64,000 bases of DNA from contig NIVC01000431.1 of assembly GCA_002269645.1 (NCBI GenBank), forward strand, positions 58,242 through 122,241. Reading direction: 5' to 3'. The DNA is from Macrostomum lignano (taxonomy: Eukaryota). Of the stretch, positions 24,266 through 36,120 are shown piece after piece; the first letter of the stretch is position 1, and every line of letters begins with the position of its first letter. Position numbers and translations under genes: made by a program. The notes under the pieces were generated by a model that made no database searches, was not told where the DNA came from, and saw only the letters and a list, made by a program, of their open reading frames with translations.

Positions 24266-25027
24266 TCAACCACGGACATAGAAGTCCTCGTTGCTGAGGG
24301 CGGCCGGGACTGCAGCATACTCCAGCAGATGGCACAGGCGCTGCTGCTGACTGAAGATCACCGCCTCGCAGCCGGAGCGGCACAGCAGCACGCACGAGAG
24401 AGGCTCAGCAGCGGTGACCGTCCTAAAGACGGGCGCATCCTGAGCGATGATTTCGACGAAAGTCCGGTTCCTGACGACGAACAGGTTCTGGTCTGCGTGG
24501 GGGAAGGATGAGATTCGAGAGGCCCAGTGCCACAAGGAAAATTTGACTTAAAATGCACAGCACTTACTCATGCAGGCTGCACCGGGCACCGCAGCGCTGT
24601 ACTTCAACTCAAACACTCGATTTCGATAGGGGCCACCGCAGTTCTGGCTCGAATTTCCACCGCAGGAATCTCGGCAGTCCCAGCCAGGAGCCGCGCCCTG
24701 CGATCCGTACGAGTTGCCGCAGAAGCAGTAGACGCTGGCTTGAAGACCCATGAACTGGAAGCCGCCCAGAGCGCAGATGCTGCCGCACAGCTCGTGAGTC
24801 ATCTGGTTGCTGTGCACAAAAGTGGTGTCAGTTTGGACATGTTGCGTAACATCGAAACTGCCGATGCGCTTCAGGCCCAGGTACTTCATGCCTGACATGT
24901 CTCTCTTGCTGTTCGGATGGTCAACGAAGCAGCCGAGGTCCGAGGTCCGGAACTGCCGACAGAGAGCGGCACAGATCAGGCAGCTCAGGATCGGAGCAGC
25001 GCACAGGAAAATCCTGCGGAGAAGCAT
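24266..25027 (-). CDS. Secreted WSC + PAN/apple-like protein copy 3 (~228 aa); exons 25027-24568 and 24492-24266
   Basis: Same architecture as copy 2; 75-nt GTAAGT...CACGCAG phase-1 intron; intact frames. Confidence 0.85.
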
Positions 25028-25098
25028 AGCTTCGCTGGATTTGTCAACTTTCGAACCTCTGTATGAGAAGACCTAAATAACAACTGCCTTGCTGATTT

Positions 25099-25112
25099 GT
25101 TGTCATGGAGAC
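25099..25112. promoter_or_regulatory. X-box (RFX) motif upstream of WSC-PAN copy 3
   Basis: GTTGTCATGGAGAC matches the consensus; ~70 nt upstream of the ATG. Confidence 0.55.
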
Positions 25113-25359
25113 AAGCCCTCAGCTTGCAGCCAACCCGCCTAGGCTGACTGCGCCTGCTGAGTGAATCTGAATGAATGAAATCTGAAATCTATTGGCTCGA
25201 TGCAGTTATAGTCTCAGGTTCAATTGTCTAAATTGATTCTATTGTATAAATATTCCACTCCTTTGTAGGATGTTTTGAATTTTGCCTTTTTGCATGACGA
25301 AAATGTATCCTATATGGTGTATCCTATGGCATTCCCTATAACACATATAACGTATCCTA

Positions 25360-25825
25360 TGACGTATCTCATGGCGCATCCTATGGCGTATTCTATGATG
25401 CATCCTATAGCGTATTCTATGGTGCATCCTATGGCGTATTCTATGGTGCATCCTATGGCGTATTCTATGGTGCATCCTATGGCGTATTCTATGGTGCATC
25501 CTATGGCGTATTCTATGGTGCATCCTATGGCGTATTCTATGGTGCATCCTATGGCGTATTCTATGGTGCATCCTACGGCGTATTCTATGGTGCATCCTAC
25601 GGCGTATTCTATGGTGCATCCTATGGCGTATTCTATGGTGCATCCTATGGCGTATTCTATGGTGCATCCTACGGCGTATTCTATGGTGCATCCTACGGCG
25701 TATTCTATGGTGCATCCTATGGCGTATTCTATGGTGCATCCTACGGCGTATTCTATGGTGCATCCTACGGCGTATTCTATGGTGCATCCTATGACGCATT
25801 CTATGATGCATCCTATGGCGTATTC
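25360..25825. repeat. 24-bp minisatellite (~19 units; dimer of related 12-mers)
   Basis: Unit cctatggcgtat-tctatggtgcat. Confidence 0.95.
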
Positions 25826-26289
25826 AGGTGCTCTGAGAAAGATCTCATTTATTGCTTTGTGAATTTGTATTTTTTAAGTATTTTTTAGAAATGAATTACA
25901 TCAGATACAGACCCCCCGCGCAGCAGTGAGAGAGTCCCTCGCATCACGGATGAATCGCTGTTCAAAACAATGGGTCGACGAGGTCGGCCCAAGACGCACA
26001 AGACGAGGTCGGGGGGAGGGGGGGGGGCAGACGGCAGACAGGAGAGGTGCGCAGTCGCTGAATAGATTAGGCTTCACGCGCCACCCAAGCCGCCTCCTAA
26101 GCACGACGCATCGGCAGCAAAAAGACGGGAAATAATGGAAGGTTTGACACTGAAGGGTTGGGCTGAAACCTTTGTAATCGTAGCAGTCTCAGATCACCTT
26201 TTGAGTAAAAAAAGTTTAGATTCGGCCTCAATTTCATTATAAAGCCAGCAAAGCTCATTGTAAGCGTGGCTTGAAACTTGCCTGAGGAT

Positions 26290-26445
26290 CTTGAGTCACT
26301 GCTTGAGTCACTGCTTGAGTCACTGCTTGAGTCACTGCTTGATTCACTGCTTGAGTCACTGCTTGAGTCACTGCTTGAGTCAATGCTTGAGTCACTGCTT
26401 TATTCACTGCTTGAGTCACTGCTTGAGTTACTGCTTGAGTCACTG
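26290..26445. repeat. 12-bp tandem repeat (~13 units)
   Basis: Unit gagtcactgctt. Confidence 0.95.
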
Positions 26446-26554
26446 AGGGACCCCAGCATATCCAGCTGTCAGCACAGGCGCTGCTGCTGGCAATCGGAGC
26501 GGCACTCGGACCGAGCTCAACGAATGTCCCTTGCCGGGACGAACACGTTCCGGT
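26446..26554 (-). pseudogene. Relic PAN exon of a fourth WSC-PAN copy
   Basis: Acceptor GTGCAG|ACCGGAACGTGTTCGTC and gcagcagcgcctgtg match exon 2 of the other copies, with internal deletion and frameshift; no exon 1 found. Confidence 0.6.
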
Positions 26555-26635
26555 CTGCACATTTATAATGATTGTCTACTTGACACTCCACCTGCTCTAT
26601 GAATTTCAGCCGAGTGTCTCAGTGCCTTTGATGGC

Positions 26636-27015
26636 TCTGACACCATTCGTGTAGATGTGTCTGACACCATTCGTGTAGGTGTGTCTGACACCATTCGTGT
26701 AGGTGTGTCTCTGACACCATTCGTGTAGGTGTGTCTGACACCATTCGTGTAGGTGTGTCTGACACCATTCGTGTAGGTGTGTCTCTGACACCATTCGTGT
26801 AGGTGTGTCTGACACCATTCGTGTAGGTGTGTCTGACACCATTCGTGTGGGTGTGTCTCTGACACCATTCGTGTAGGTGTGTCTCTGACACCATTCGTGT
26901 AGGTGTGTCTGACACCATTCGTGTAGGTGTGTCTGACACCATTCGTGTGGGTGTGTCTGACACCATTCGTGTAGGTGTGTCTGACACCATTCGTGTGGGT
27001 GTGTCTGACACCATT
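26636..27015. repeat. 24/26-bp minisatellite (~15 units)
   Basis: Unit ctgacaccattcgtgtaggtgtgt, with or without an extra ct. Confidence 0.95.
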
Positions 27016-27326
27016 TGTGTAGTGCCGAGATCCAGCAGAAATAACACAGATACATTCGTCGCACAACTGGATGACTCCAGGGACTACTGGAGTAGTCCTG
27101 TTTGAGTAGTCCCTGGATGACTCCTAACTGATTTTCGCCAGCTTTAGTCTAATATAGCTGCAGTTTTAGTCTGTATTTTATTTTCAATTGTTTTGCTATG
27201 ATATATTTCAATAGGAAAGTATATTTTTTCAGGATATCTGCAGCTTTCTGCTTCAAGAGGACTGAGTGAATTTGTTGGCAACGCGCTTTTGAAAAAAATT
27301 CGATGTAGATCGTATTTTAAGCGAGA

Positions 27327-28525
27327 CAACAACAACAACAAAATACGCTGTCATGATGGTAAAAGTCAGCGTCACAGGGCGCGCTTCATGGCTTGGGCGC
27401 GAACAAAGGCCGCGCCACCGGCAGTGTCCGGGGCGCCGGCGTCAGCCAGCAGACAGTCGACATAACGCCGAGTTCGCGCTTGACCTCGCCGGTAGGGTGC
27501 CTGCAGCGTGAGCAGCAGCACCTCCTGCACCGGCTGTGGGCAGTACGACTCGGCGCGGATGAGATGGCCTGCGAGCTGGAGTCGCCGACGGCGCAGTAGA
27601 TCACTTGGACGTGGCAGGCCAGCGCGGCGATAGAGTGCCGCGTTGGTGACTCGCTCGACGCCGATGTTGAAGGCGGCGCGCAGCAGACCAGCGTGCGCCG
27701 CATCGACTTGCTGTTCGAGTGAGTCCGTCAGCGTCCAGGTCTCGGCGTTGTACAGCAGGACGGTCTCGATTACCGCCTGGAACAGCGCCGCCCTCTGGCG
27801 GTCCGGTAGGGCCTCGGACTGCAGGACTGCCCTCACAGAACGAAAGGCAGCCCAGGCAAGCCCGCGGCGGCGTCGCAGGTCCTCGCGAGCGTCTGGAACC
27901 AGACCGCCGAGGTAGACGAACTGCTGACATCGCGGGAGTTCGGTCGCCTGCCCGTCAGCGCCTCGGCAAAATATTGCAGCCTCGATGTCGTCCGGCACGC
28001 AGAGCACAACGGTCTTCTGCGTGTTGACCACCAGGCCGACACTCGCCGCAACGGCAACCAGCCTGTCCAGCTGCCGTTGGGCGCCCTCGACGGTCGAGGA
28101 CAGCAGGGCGAGGTCGTCGGCGTAGCCAAGCACGCTGAGCCGCTTCTCGGTTGACGTCGACCCACGCGTCGCTGCAGCAGAAAACCGTCGTCGTCGGTAG
28201 GAAGAGCAGTCCGCAGCACCCAGTCAAGCACCAGGACGAACAGAAACGGCGCCAGCGTATCTCCCTGAAGCACTCCGGAGGATGTCTCAAAGGAGTCCGA
28301 TAGGCCGTCCGGTGTTGTCACAGCAGCTGTCGTATCACGGTACATCGCCATGACGGCGGAGATCAGCTGCTCAGGCACGTTGTACGCGCGGAGCACCATT
28401 GGAAGCACGGCTCTGACAACCGAGTCGAATGCCTTCTTGAAATCAATAAAGATTAAAATCAGTATCGACTGACGAATCCGCGCCTCCTCGATGACTCGGC
28501 GAAGAGCCAGGATCGAAGAGGCGAG
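27327..28525 (-). mobile_element. 5'-truncated RTE/RTEX-like LINE (RT domain), one frameshift at ~28150
   Basis: FIDFKKAFDSV; GVLQGDTLAPFLF; GYADDLALL; LQLAGHLIR; (TTG)n 3' tail; candidate TSD AAGCGAGA (27319-27326 and 28526-28533). Confidence 0.9.
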
Positions 28526-30659
28526 AAGCGAGAGGAAGGGCTGATTGCCTGAAATATTGAGTTGCTTTCGACGAGAATATTACAGAGATCCGACACTCGC
28601 CGATCGCTCAGCTGTCACACTTGGAGCCTGATTCTGTAGTGATCCGCTGGTTTGGTTAGGCGTCACACTTAGTCAGCAGTTTACCTCGCCCTCGCTTTCG
28701 CCCTGGGTTGCTGTCTGCCGCTGGCCAGCCCCCCCCCCTTTCGTCCGGCTGTTTGCTGCCCCTTTTTTCCTTTGCTGCTCGTTTTCTGTGCTCCTGTTCT
28801 CAGCCCTCAGCTTCTCTGATGTGGTCTGTCCTTGTTTCGCTCCAGTCTGGAGGTCAAGCTGTTGGCCGTTTCCCCTGTCATGTGAGCAAGTCACATGACA
28901 GATCTTGTTTTCTTGGAGTCCTAAAGTGCAGTAAACATGTTTATTGCACTCGCTGGTCCTGTTTACGGGAGAATCACGTGCCTAAGGCCCTTCCCTTCTC
29001 TAAGGAGAGGAGTGACTTATGTTTCTAAAAATAGACACTGAGTCACAGCCTGGCGCACTCTGCCCGCAGACCCCAAGTGACTTCAGTTCTAAAAATAGAA
29101 CAATTCACGTACACTAACCTGCGTACGCTAACCTACTGCTATTGGTCTGACCGAGACCCCTCAAAGCCAACCCGTGCCTACGAGAGGCTAACACAGCCCT
29201 CCCATCCACCCACCAAGCCCGGCAGGATCTGCTGACGAGACGCCCTGTACGTTGAGCTGCAAATCTGCACGTTGTGCTGTTCGTTGACTTCGTTATTTCG
29301 TTCCGACTGGAAGCTCACCTCACCGAAGGCCGAGACCTGAAGGAACTGGTGGCAGCACTACCGACACTACTAAGAGCTAACAGAATGCTTCCGGTTGAGA
29401 AGACGGAGAGCCCAAACCACTGTGCTAGACAGCAGGAGAAGCACAGGTACAACAATTCATTACTTCTGCTTAATGTCCTGAGCAGTCATTTTTGCTGCAC
29501 AGGTACTTCCCATTCTTTTCATCTAATCGGCAAAATTTTAAGAACAGGGAGCTTCGGTAATTAGGTCTGATGGTAGTCCTAGGTAGGTACAGATATAAAA
29601 TCAAATTCTTGATTCACTTGTGAACTGCTGTACATTTAGTTTGAATCTCGGCAGTACACATATCACCTGTCGGTATCGGCATCGAGATGTGCGACGACTT
29701 CCGATAAATCTGCGCCCTGGTGGTGAACCCCGTTACCAATTGTCTCTGACAGGAGGACAGGAGCACTGTTTCGACTATAATTTCGTCGACTAGAAGCTTT
29801 TTAAAAAAGACCGGCACAAAGGAGCGCTTTGAAAATGACAGTACTCGTATTTCAATGGGTTTTTTGAGCCCTGAATTTTTCACCCTAATGCAGTAGATTG
29901 TGTGTATGGTTCGGCAGATAGACAATTTTTTACGAGTGCCGAAGCTATATTGTCACAAAAAATCTACAAAAGCCATCTGCCCCAGCAAATTGTCTCATGA
30001 ATGCATTTTTTAGCAACCGCGTACCCAATGGTTTCGAAGCTTTGTATGATGAGCGTACAGCAGTTTTACGCAATGAGTGCGCAGCGTAAGACCATGCCAG
30101 TCATTGCGACCACTGCTGTCACTGTCAGTTAGTCAGAAATAAAGCACTGATGCGCAAGAGTGTCTCTTGTTTGTCCTTCCGTGCATTAATGCCGTGCAGC
30201 AATATCATCAATACATTGGCAGACGCAGTACATTCGTGTCAATGTGTATGTGCACATGGATTTTTCATAGATAAAATCCGATTGCCTATTTAACTGACCG
30301 TTATTCGGCTCATTCTGAGCCAGGAACGCGCAGTCAATTATTTAACTTGCTATAATTCCAGGACCATCAAATCATTTGATGGGCTCCAAAATGAAGATTA
30401 TCAAATGATTTGATGTAGCCAGATGAAGACGTCATTACCACTACCGTGCTAGCAGCGTAACCACTGAAGGGACACCGTCCGAAGTGGATGACGTGGAGCA
30501 TCGATCGCTTCCAAAGACAACCATGGAATCAAATGATGCAGCACGGTAACAAGTTTAAATGAACTACATTGAGTCAATTTTTAATATTCAAAGTGAGCTT
30601 CTTATGACTGTATTTCTGTGTCTGCATTGACTACTTATAATAGACTAATTATGGTATGT

Positions 30660-30957
30660 TACGGGATACTGGTTATGAGAGATTAGTTATGAGAGACTAG
30701 TTATGAGGGGCTAACTATAACAGAATAGTTATGAGAGACTAATTATGAGAAACTACTTATGAGAGACTAGCTGTAAGAGACTAGTTATGAGAGACTAGTT
30801 ATGAGAGACTAGTTATGAGAGACTAGTTATGAGAGACTAGTTATGAGAGACTAGTTATGAGAGACTAGTTATGAGAGACTAACTATAAGAGAATAGTTAT
30901 GAGAGACTAATTATGAGAGAGTACTTATGAGAGACTAGTTATGAGAGACTAGTTGGA
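30660..30957. repeat. 14-bp minisatellite (~20 units)
   Basis: Unit agttatgagagact, with variants. Confidence 0.9.
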
Positions 30958-31922
30958 AGACTCTAGCAGTTCAAATTATCTAAACGTCGACGTTCGTTTG
31001 ATCAGCGATGTCGTACATGTTCATTTTTCCGCACCATAGACTGTGCCATCTGTTGATCAGGTTTCAGAAGCTCCGCAACCACCGAAATCAAAGATGAAGC
31101 GGACACAAGGTGAATGTAATTTAAAAAATAGACGAATTAAACAAAATAAAATTCTGCCTCCGCCTAGAACTGGATATATTGCGGCTATTGGCTGTGCGTA
31201 CGAATTGTGAAAGATCAAAAATCGCAACCCAGATTTATAGGGACAATTTCGACATAAAACAGACACGGTATAACTGTTTGCAAATTCGAATGTAGGGAAC
31301 AGCCTTGATGAAGTAGCATCTATAGGCTTAGAATCATTACAAGTTTCTGGATACTCCGGAACAACCGCACTGCTTATCACTGAGGCTGTGCAGTTTTTCT
31401 GCATAAAAAGGTCCTCAAAAGCCAGCCTGCACTTTTCCACATAGCCATAGCAACATAAGGAAAACAGCTTCAGCCACGGCATAAATTTGGTTGCAAAGCT
31501 ACAAAGGGTTTGGAGGGAGACACTCCCCCTCTAGATAGGGAGAGAGGCAAATTTATGACCCTCAAATCCCAATGCACGCCGAGTTTGCGAGGCCCGCAGC
31601 ACTTTGTTTTTGCCCTGCTGGAGGTGGAGCCGGAGGTGGGGCCGGCCGCGCCCCTTTCCGTCTTCCGGGGTTATCGATGACTCTTGCGGGCGCACCGGCA
31701 GTCCAGTTGGTCTGTGTGCGGCTCGCCGCTCCGGTATTGGGCAGCTCTGGTCCGCGCTCGATAGCAGAGGCCCAAAAAGGAAGGAAAAATCCAAGAAGTT
31801 TTATCTAATCTGAAGTAAACTTGAGCGCCATAAATATACACTAGTACTTTATTTCCGCATACAAATTAGACAGACTGGTCCTTCAGTTTAACCAGAGAGA
31901 CTGATTTCTACAGCGGGCTACA

Positions 31923-33590
31923 ATGTGCTGTCGAGAGGCAAACAATGTCTCCTACCTGTGCCATCCGCTGCCGGACACGAATTCCTGCAACATCGTCTTC
32001 ACGTATTTCAGCCAGTTCAACCGGCAGAACATGCTGGGGCCCTGGCTTGAGTTCTTGGCCTTCGTATTGATCTTCTTGTTGTCAACCGGTCTCAACCTGA
32101 TGATGGTTCACCTGTTCGTCAGGCACAAACAGGTGCGCAACTGGACTAACTTGCTTATCACGGCGGTCTGCCTGAGCCGCTGGGTGATGTCAGTCACCAC
32201 CCCGTTTCTCGGCATCACCCGCCTAACCAGCAGTTGGCGGCTGGGCGAAGCTCTGTGCAAGCTCATCCCCAGTCTTCTCATCAGCTTTGGCTGCCTCACT
32301 ACTTGGCTGCTGTGCCTGCTGAGCCTGGACCGCTACAAGGGCATTGTCGGAGGCCAGCCCATTGGCCGAATCAGCCGCAGGCGCAGCCTCCTGCTGGCAG
32401 CCATCGTGCTCGTGTCTGGTCTCATGGCCGCTCCGTCGCTGGCCTTCTTCACCGTTATCACCGCCCAGCTGCAGGACGGCATCCAGGTTGAGATCTGCGC
32501 CTACAACGTCCGACCCGACGCAGTTTTCTATCACAGCTACACCTTAATTCTCTCCATCGTGACGATCGTCATCCCGCTGGCGCTGTCGACCTTCTGCTAC
32601 GCCGCCATCGGCCGAGTTGTGTGCATCAACCGTCGCCGACTCAACCGCAGCCTGTCGCAGCAGGATCCCGTCAACAGCGGTGGCGGCGTTGCAGCTTCAA
32701 GGCAGGACGTGCTGGCAGCGGCGGCTGTTGAAGCGGTAGCCGTAGCGCCAGTAGCAGCAGTGGACGAACCGCAGGACTTGGGTGCAGCTGCAGTGGAACC
32801 AGCAGCAGCGCCGGCTCACACTGTGAGATTCGGGCAGTCACCGCCCCGTCAGCAGCAGTCAAAACAGTCTGGACGACCTGACATACCAGTGTCTGGGCAA
32901 GTTACATAGTAGCTGACTTTGGTTTCGCTTCTGTGTTGTAGCATCCAGAGTTGTCTTTTAGCACCACAATGTTGCTCTAGAATTAAACTTTCAAGAAATG
33001 CTACTTGAGAAATCGGAAAGTTGGATCTCTTCAATTGGTCAGTTTGGTGCCATGCAACTTTCATTCACAGTTAGAAAATGAATCTCGCATCTAAAAAAGC
33101 GGTCTACAGGGATTTTAGAGTCCAGTAGTTGCCAACTTCTTCTAGCCTTCATAGTACCGCAATACTGATCATTTACAGCATCGAAGTCTACAACCCAACG
33201 CGGGCATCCGTTGTTGAGAGGCGGGTCACCCGCAGCAGCACGATCTCGGTGGGTCAACAGCGATACCAGCGGGATCAGCGCACGTTCTTCATCCTGGTGC
33301 TCACTGTGTCGCTTTTCTGCCTCATGAACCTGCCAGTTGCCGTGTGCCTCATTGTGGTTGCAGCCGATATGATTGGTCAACGTCAGAGCCTCTCGTCTAG
33401 CGCCTTCGTGGTCTCCGTGATCGTGATGTCCGCCAACGCTGTGGTGAACCCGCTGCTCTATATTTACGCCGGAGAGCGCTACCGAGACGCCATCGCTGAG
33501 CTGATCGGATCGCTGCGCTCCGCTACCGCCGCCTGCTCGAAGGTTGGAACCGGCGCTCGGGGGGAGTCGACTGAAACTGGGCCGCAGTAG
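31923..33590 (+). CDS. Class A (rhodopsin-like, peptide-receptor-like) GPCR, ~461 aa; exons 31923-32896 and 33179-33590
   Basis: Seven hydrophobic segments; TM1 N; WRLGEALCK; LDRY; TM5 P/Y; NPLLY. The exons join in phase 2 through a GC-AG intron in ICL3. Confidence 0.9.
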
Positions 33591-35879
33591 CCGCCGTGTC
33601 AGCTGGTGTTGGAGTAGCCTTCACAAGCTTGGCGCTCTGAATCACATTGAATTAATTTACAGCCTTACTAAATGCGGAGGAAAGTCGAAAGCTTAATATC
33701 GTAACTTTGACGCCTATTTTCGAGCTGCCATTCACCCCCATAGCTCTTAACAGTCATTGCGTGAACTGATTTGTGTCCCTAAAGCGTCTTAGTTTGGACA
33801 GTTTTTGGTGCCCAAAGAGCAGGGACGTAGCCTGGATTTTTCTATTGGAGTGACTGCGCACCAAAAACCAAAAGGCTTTATCACCAAGGGGTTTTAGCAC
33901 CAAGGTGCACAAGCACCAAGAGGCGCCATTTGGACCTCTCTCTTTTCGTCAGATATTAAATACTTGTAATCCGATTGGTACAGCCCTCGCAGGTATCTCA
34001 GTGGAACGGATCGAATTTTTGTATCTCGGACATACAAGAAAATGAATTAAATAAATAGCTAATCAATTATTATTAATAATGATGCATGCACTGCAGAGAT
34101 TACTGACGAAATTGAACTCAGTAGTTGATTTTCGCGCTGTCGCGAGTTGCAATTTTTTTTTCACATTAGCTTCTGTGGCCACTGAAGCGGTGAATGATCG
34201 TGACCCATCATATATGATTATTGGAGGGAACTTAGCTTAACCTGTGATTTATCATATAATATACCCGAAGGAATTATGAATAGAATATACGAGGGCACAT
34301 CTACTTTAATGAATTGTGAATTGTGAGGTTGTAAATTTCTATACCTACAAATTTGAACAAAGTGAGTAAATTACCTCGTTTAACAAATAAATCTTACACT
34401 GCTACTTAAGCAAAGTAGTAGCTAGCGCTTTTTACCAAACGTAAACTGAATGCGTAAATTCCATTTACGAGTAGTTTGAATAATTTGGGCAAACAAGACT
34501 ATAAATTAAGAGCATGCTGCTGAAGAAGAGCCACTTTAAAATTTCTATTTGGGATGCTGAACGCTTCAAGCTCAGTGGGTGAAAGTTACCGAAACAAACA
34601 GTCTCGGAAAGATCAGAGTGGATTAATAAAGTTTTTTCGTTCCCATGATGAAGACATGACCGCACCGGGAAATTGAATTAATTGGATAATTGAACGCTCG
34701 CTCGGTAAATGTAATCGTCCCAGGGCTCTCTCTCTCCAATCGCCAATCGACAAATGCATACTGCCGGAAAAAATAAACTTTCCTCTGTACCCGAACCGAA
34801 ATTAATCCCAGAAAGTGAATGAGCGAGCCGGACCAGGTGCGCACCCGGTGTTAGCTGGGGACCGGCCGCTGTCAAGGTAGGTACTGATCGAGCAGATCCA
34901 GCCTGGGACAGATTGATGATGCGAAGGAAGCGCTGGTGGCATGCGAGAATGCGCAGAAAATCCGCTCTGAGCTCAAATCGATTAAGCCGCGGTTGCCAAG
35001 CTGTAAAGGAGAGAACGCGGACGGTCCTGTGTGCCGGTGGGATGAAGCGAGAACGCAGATCATAAAACCGCTTGCACAAAGGCAGGTATACAAATGGCTT
35101 AGGAAAAGAGTTGAGAGAGAACGGGGGGAATGGGAAAATTCCGCCCCCCCCGCTGTTGGCGAACCGTTTTCCCACACTTTTTACCTTTAATCGGGCGTGC
35201 ATAGAGCCCCAAGAATAGAGGACGAGCGACCAGATGGAATTGGAAAGATTTATTGAACGCAGATAATGTTTCCCATTCTGTATCCTCAGAATTTAGCCAA
35301 ACCATTCTCTATCTTTGATCCATAAACAGCTTTGCTCGATCGTGTCGGGAACCCCCCCCCTCCCCCCATGCAGAAAGGCCGTTAAGTCTTAGCAGTATTA
35401 TGTTTAATTATATATTATGTTTAACAATTCAAGCTGTAAAGTTTGTATTTATATTGCGTTCGTATTCGAATGTGATTCTATTTCAATCGTGGACTATGAA
35501 GTTTGACCATAGACATTTAACTCCAATTAAATATCTCATAGTTTAGTCTTAGTATTTTCTCTACAGGGTGAGGGGGTGAGGGAAGAAGGGTAAGGATATT
35601 GGAACTTAAACTATAGTTGCCATGATAATAGACAAAGAAATGATCTTTTTCAATTTCTAAACATAAATTCCAATCCTGCACGCACCTATGGTTCATTGGA
35701 CCTAAAAGACGAATAAGAATGTTTTTAGTGTTTTAGAAGCAGACAATAATTGATTTTTCCACATTGTCCTCATAAATTTATTTTTATTGGTCTTGAATAA
35801 TTATTTTACAGCGTGGGACAATGTGCTAACCTGCAATTGTAACACAAATCTTTATACGATGCTGATATTTAACCTACAT

Positions 35880-36120
35880 CTTTGTCCTCATTAACATCTT
35901 TGTTCTCATTTCTCAGCGACACCCTAGTCCTCATTAGAATCCTTGTTCTCATTTCTCATCAACTCCCTAGTCCTCATCAGCATCCTTGTTCTCATTTCCT
36001 ATTAACATCCTTGTTCACATAAAAATCCATGTTCTCATAAAAATTCTTGCTCTCATAGAAATCCTTGTTCTCATGAACATCATTCTCGTCAGTGCCCATT
36101 AGCACCATTGTCCTTGTCCT
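35880..36120. repeat. Degenerate short tandem repeat
   Basis: Recurrent catccttgttctcat. Confidence 0.6.

Noticed and set aside
31057-31482. 141-aa minus-strand Cys-containing ORF
   Set aside because: AT-rich, TTG start, no recognisable domain or splice support.
33820-33985. hAT MITE starting CAGGGACGTAGCC
   Set aside because: No convincing right TIR or TSD.
35616-35629. X-box-like GTTGCCATGATAAT upstream of the DEG/ENaC gene
   Set aside because: One mismatch, ~2.7 kb from the candidate start, and no paralog support; could be chance.
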